A program made the translations under genes and the position numbers. Shown one piece after another: positions 58,830 to 64,000 of a stretch of 64,000 nucleotides of DNA. Each line of letters opens with the position of its first letter. The first letter of the stretch is position 1. Source of the stretch: Prorocentrum cordatum (lineage: Eukaryota); NCBI GenBank assembly GCA_963575745.1, contig CAUYUJ010000325.1:372001-436000 (forward strand). The letters are read 5' to 3'. The notes under the pieces are model-generated. The model was not told the origin of the DNA. It saw only the letters and a program-made list of their open reading frames with translations, and did not search any database.

Positions 58830-59540
58830 GAGACTGCCTCTTTGAAGTAGAATGTGCAGCCATGGACAGTTCCTTGTTACATACCGACGCATGTTGACGA
58901 TGACCAGCACATCGTCTTCAAAAGGTGTAAATAGATGGCGGCTGTTGGCCATGATCTCGGTCGGCTTTCGTATCAATACCCCATGGGAATCACGTAAGCC
59001 AGTCGTACATTGGTCCAGATGTACCATGCAAGAACCCCGGAAGGTGGCCCACGTGGTCCATGGTGGTATCTGATTCACCCAAGTACCCACTGGTTGCTCT
59101 CGTAAATAAAACCGTCAAAGACCGTTCTGACGTATGGCAACCTTACCACAGAACTTGACATATGGAAGATGTTCCTTGTGGTGTTCATGCCAAGTATCAA
59201 AACTGCTTTGGGAATTGAAATATGAAGGTAATCCAGTCGGTCTGCACTTGGGTTGTAGTATGACAACATTGACGAAACAAACGTGTTGGTAGTGCATTGC
59301 TGCATCCTGGACACCCTTGTTTCCAAGGTCGACGTAGGAGCGTTTGTCGAAGTTTCCCCCGGAAGGCAAACCTCGGCTCAATGCTAGCTGCGACACGCCT
59401 CCCCGTCCGACACCCTTGTTTCCAAGGTCGACGTAGGAGCGTTTGTCGAAGTTTCCCCCGGAAGGCAAACCTCGGCTCAATGCTAGCTGCGACACGCCTC
59501 CCCGTCCTCCACGCACCACCAACATGTCAACCTGATTGCG
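58830..59540 (-). pseudogene. C5 cytosine-methyltransferase-like domain within pol
   Basis: VVRGGRGGVS (motif I-like), D...DL, ILQPKC (motif IV-like), FYLREQP (motif VI-like), LDQCTTGL and RKPTEIMAN. Confidence 0.55.
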
Positions 59541-62500
59541 TCGCCCATTGCATAACGTTGGGACGATGGAGAATACATCTGCGCAATGCGACGCAAGTCC
59601 CCTATTCATCGTCACTTTCCGTGTCGGAGTCTAGGGGAACGTCGGTGCAGTGCGCGCTGCATCCGAGACCTTGAAGGTCATCCCCGCAGTCGTCGTTGCC
59701 CTCTTCGGCTACCTTGGGTATCTTGCGTGGCTTGATGCCCGCTTCTTTGTCGAATTTCTGTTTTTCTTTTTGTTCGATTCGGGCATCGCTCGGCAGTGCC
59801 GTCTGTTGCTCAATATCAGGTAAACCTGGCGACGGTAATTCGGGAAAAGAAGGGGGCACGCGGCTAAGCTCAATCGAGGGGGAGGGAGGCGATCGTCATC
59901 GACGAACGCAACTCGCCTTGGGCGTGGACGTGGCTCCTCCTGTCCGATGAGAGCCGGTTCTGGCGGCTCCCAGTGTAGCCGAATAAATATGTTTGTTACA
60001 CCATTCGGTAACGGTGCATGAAGTGTACCCGATAGGCTGGCCCAGGATCTCGATGTCTTGTATAATCTGATTGTCGCCCAGGTTCATCGTTACCCGTCTT
60101 GCGACGTGGCCCCATTCAGGGCCATTCTTCGGAGACTGAACGTTTGTTCGCACTCCTGTATCCACTCGTACGTAAATGCTAAGTGCTGAGGTGTACAGCA
60201 CTCGTGCGGTTGCTCTTTGTTTTGTGTAAGTCCAGTTGATCCATCAACCTCGCGGTCATGATAGCCAACGTTTTGTTGCGCCATTCCGCCTTCTGAACAC
60301 CTCGGCCATGCCGGTCCAATTCATGCTCAGCAAGTCGGGCAAGTTCCCCTGCAGTTTGACGCGTGCATCTCCCGTCCGCTAGGCCTTTTACTTGAACGGT
60401 CGTATTCCAGACCGAAATGGCAGCATCGCATACGCTTGACCTGCCAGTCGAGATCTTCAATGGCATCTCGTATGGGACCTGTTTCCAGAAATAACCCGGC
60501 GGCCGCACAAATACAATAGACATGCGTAGAGCCCGAGCCTTGGTCATGAAATTTTGGATGCGTTGATAATGTGGCCCTGCCCGCTGCCCAGGCAACCCAA
60601 CGTGCCAGTCAGCGGGCGTGGCCGCCCGCAACAATTGATAATCCACCGAGAGTAGAGCACCCAAATACTGTGCACCAGTAGAAGTCATAACAGCTGCATG
60701 TGTAAAACGGTCACACATGTAACCGCGGGCTCGGAATTCGGCGCAATCTCTCCGCATGTTTTTCATGACAAGCGCACGAGAATGACAATGATGCGATGAG
60801 CGTTCATGCGCTGCAGCGGCCGCGCAGCCGGGTCCAATGCTGTCCATGGCAGCCGCGCGGCTGGGCTGGCCGCTGTCCCTGGCGCGCACAGCCGGCGCAT
60901 GAGCAAAGAATGCAGGTGTCCCCGCGCTAGATGACAGAACCTGAGTGTTCGGCCTGTCGGAGCAAGCGCGGGCGGCCGCGGCGCGCGCCTGCCCCGGTCA
61001 CTCATTGTCAAGCGGAAGGGGCGTCCACATGCCCGTGCCATGCTGCGCTGCAGACCCGCTGCTCGAAATAAAAATATCAGACTTCTCAGCAGCATCATCC
61101 TTTTCCGCAGGTGTCTCTGCCGTCGCGTCGGGCGGCTTCCACTTATTGCCCTCCTCGTAGATGGCCTGATAGACCTTCGCCTGCAAGTTGCGCAAGGCGA
61201 AGTCCTGGTCGGCCGAGGTGGGGATAGCCCCGAAGGACGCATTCCTGCGATGCCGGGCCCTAAGGTATTATTCACCAAAGACTGGATCGTAAAAGCGAGC
61301 GTCTCCTCGTTCATGGAAAAGCAGATGCCCTTGGTATCCTGTGACATCATATACGCATGGGCATCGCTCATAGCAGGTGCCCCTGCGGCCGGCTCTGCGT
61401 CAGCTGCCTCTTTGACGAGCAGCGGGGCATCCTGGCATTGAGGATTGGCCGCAATAGTAAACGACATTGACCCTTTGTCCTCAACTGCGGCCCCCAACTC
61501 GTCGACCTCGAGCGCCAGGTGCCGAGAAGGCGTTTTCATCAAATCGCGCACTCTGGCACCATTCCCAAGTAGGAGCGTGTACATATCAGAGCCAGGGATG
61601 ATCATCTTCTCGTGTCCCTGCTCCAGTATCAGGATAGTCCCCATTTTAGACATACTCCTCAGACCCAGGATAGCATGGAGATTTTCCCCTGAACCCTCAG
61701 CCACGATAGCTGAATATATATCAAGTCTCGGCAAAGCAGGCGCCCCCGCCGGACCTCCTTTTTCCTTGCGCGCAATGCTGCAGTGCACCAACTTGTCACA
61801 TGCAGCGGCGCCATGTCCCAGCCCGACACGTCGAGCCCCTTCGTCGGGCTCAGCTTCTTGATTTCGTGTCCATGGGAACGGGGTACCCATTCAAATCTGC
61901 CTGTGCCGTTTCTAGACCAATGAGGTTGACGTTGCTGCCAATGTCCAAAAGGATTGTCAGAATTCCATCCACCATGGCCCCATTGTTTGCGGCCAGGGCC
62001 AGTTCATGGCGTTCTCCGAATATTCCTGGCACCTCAGACAGCGTCGTACCATACATGCACTTGCGGCGCCTCTGCTGCAACACCATATCGCCCCTTGTCA
62101 GAGACGTGAAGCTTTGATGTATCCGCGGGCCTCCTCCTCCACAATGGGGTTCTTCTTGGAAATCCAAGCCGTAGGATACTCGTCATGCATGTGCGGCCAT
62201 GGTGCAGATGCGAGCGGCATGTTCAAGAACGCATCCTCGTCGGCACGCGTGCCTATCTGGCCATCTGTGTTTACCATTAAAACAGTGTGTAGCATGTCGC
62301 GCTCGGGCATCGCACTGATGCCGCTGCGCGCGCTCACTGGGCCCTCCTTCGTGCGCTGGCTGCGCAGGCGGGTGTCTCGCCCATATGGCATGTAGGTATG
62401 TGGAGATTGAAGCCGCTGCGCGCTCCTCTCGGTGGCTCTCCCCATGCGCCTCGGCCACATGTCGATGGCCGGCAACGCGGCAGGTGCAGTCGTAGCAAGT

Positions 62501-62791
62501 GCCCCTGCATGGTTGGATGTTTCCGCTATTAATGGCATAGGCGCATCCAGAGCAAGCACGGTAGCTTCCGTCGCCTGCACCGCATTGGACGATGAAGCGG
62601 GTTGCCCCGCAGGTGTTGTTGGAAGGACTGCCGCGCTACTCTGCATCATCGCCGCGACGCGGTTAAGCTCTTCGCGAAGGTCCCTGAGTTCTTTAGCCCC
62701 TCGGAGCATTCTCCACGACGATCGGCTGCATCCTGATCTCCAACAAGGGCATCATATAATGGAGCTCAGCTGTGATTATACCAACGCCCCT

Positions 62792-62959
62792 GCAAATAAC
62801 GCAGGGTGCCTCAGTTGCAGCACCTTTCATAGTTCCAGCCAACGATCCGTCCACATCAGCGCGTGCAGCTCGGCCCCAGCACTGCGCATGGAAAATGTGA
62901 CCACACTGAAGCCTCCAGACCTTGTCGCGATGCATGAAGTGGTCCAGGCATACGGCACA
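62792..62959 (-). other. RING-H2 zinc finger within the retroelement
   Basis: CAVC-x14-CGHIFHAQC-x25-CVIC, with all 8 ligands present. Confidence 0.8.
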
Positions 62960-64000
62960 CTTGTTAAAGCCACCGTCGCTGATGACTGGCGGTGTTGCCG
63001 ATGGCCTGATGCGCGTCTGGCGCTCCAGAGCAGATGCGCCAACCTCATACTGAATCGGAAGACCGACGGTTGCTGCATGGCTGCACGTGCTGCCGGTATG
63101 AATGCAGGTGCCCCTGCTGCGATTCGAATAGCAGGTTGCCCCGCGCGACCCAGCACCTTCTTTGCCTGACGCTCATGATTGCGACGCCGGCGGGCCACTT
63201 GCATTGAGAGATTGGCCTGCTGCGCGTCGTGAATGGCAAGAATCTCTGGGCGCAATTCCCCCATGGATGATTGCACTGCCAGGCCTGGGGCCTGTTGAGT
63301 CACATCTGAATCCATAGGGGTAGCCAAATATCCACGATGAGGAATCTGACCCGGCACACCTGACGCGCAACCAGAGCCGCGTGTCAACTGAGACTGATAG
63401 AAATCGTCGGCTGTCGCCCGTGCATACGGGTTCTCCGGCTGCGTTCCCACGAGGGATACCAGTCACCTAAGCAAAATAGCCAGGATACAATGGGAAGTCC
63501 ATCGGTGGTGCTGTAGGGCGCTCTGCAGCTGTCGGCCCGCATGTCGGATGATTGAAAGATGCTGGCACGTATTCGTACCTATTGGGGTTGTCCGGTGAAG
63601 GATTTGAGTCCGGGACATACTCCCAGGGAGGCGTCCGTCTAGCGCTAGGGATGTCGATGCCGCCCCTGCGCAAGCTCTGTCCGACTTAGCGAATTGGCCG
63701 GTACATCCACTCTTGCTGACCAACTGGACGCGGCGATGCGAACGGCGATGTCGCCTACAAAGCCTGGTAGAGCTCCGGGTCCATCCGAATGCTGTGGAGC
63801 CTCGCCTGTAGGCTATTGGTGCCCCCAGCACTCTGTGGAGCCCCAAATGGAGTTGTGGCCCTGCTCATGTGCAAACGACGCAGGTTTCCCTGCAGGACTG
63901 GCAGCTGCTGCGTCTGGACACGCCACGGATCGATGGCGCACAGCATATCGGTGGAAGTAATTCCACTCGATGTCATACCACTCACGTCCGCACTCTGGGC

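Larger units (their letters stand above)
53463..64000 (-). mobile_element. Large decayed Copia-order LTR retrotransposon (RING, PR, MTase-like, IN, RT, RH); continues beyond the window; putative 3' LTR about 53463-53863
   Basis: Protease LLDIGSNVNLIG and AILGL. Integrase LHLRWFHA...CDTCRGC, ECDLMF, VVDRCIRY, LYSDG, SPCNALFGRQP. RT TSRSVYNWK, DINMALLKG, KPGTGTKDAP. RNase H IDAESV and WCDTRYLTAGGHTK. IN precedes RT. The LTR is inferred only from a purine run after the RH stop. Confidence 0.85.

Noticed and set aside
1..64000. Prokaryotic operons, rRNA or tRNA genes
   Set aside because: None recognised. The SL copies, introns, microsatellites and retroelements indicate a eukaryotic nuclear genome.

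Overview
This is repeat-dense, GC-rich eukaryotic DNA, almost certainly from a dinoflagellate. The evidence is three perfect and two degenerate copies of the 22-nt dinoflagellate spliced leader (SL, DCCGTAGCCATTTTGGCTCAAG) and short GC-AG/GA-AG introns. Most ORFs in the supplied track are artefacts of microsatellites and GC richness. Main content: (1) a minus-strand gene at <1-1712 with 8 tiny phase-0 introns and a weakly DIRS-gag-like product; (2) five co-oriented non-LTR retroelements at 6.3-18.8 kb nested in one TGTGTTCTGCCGTGCTCC satellite, plus a sixth at 45.0-46.5 kb; (3) two decayed Copia-order LTR retroelements, the larger carrying RING-H2 and cytosine-methyltransferase-like domains and a MITE insertion; (4) a ~12 kb inverted-repeat structure around a tyrosine recombinase gene; (5) many micro- and minisatellites. 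Best candidate for a new system: two of the six non-LTR elements are LINE-derived, and four are RT-less elements (0.9-1.6 kb) that share the LINE 3' terminus. The three full-length RT-less copies start with an SL and encode a conserved RRNVALHA protein. Protein identities come from motif recognition by eye; no database search was run.
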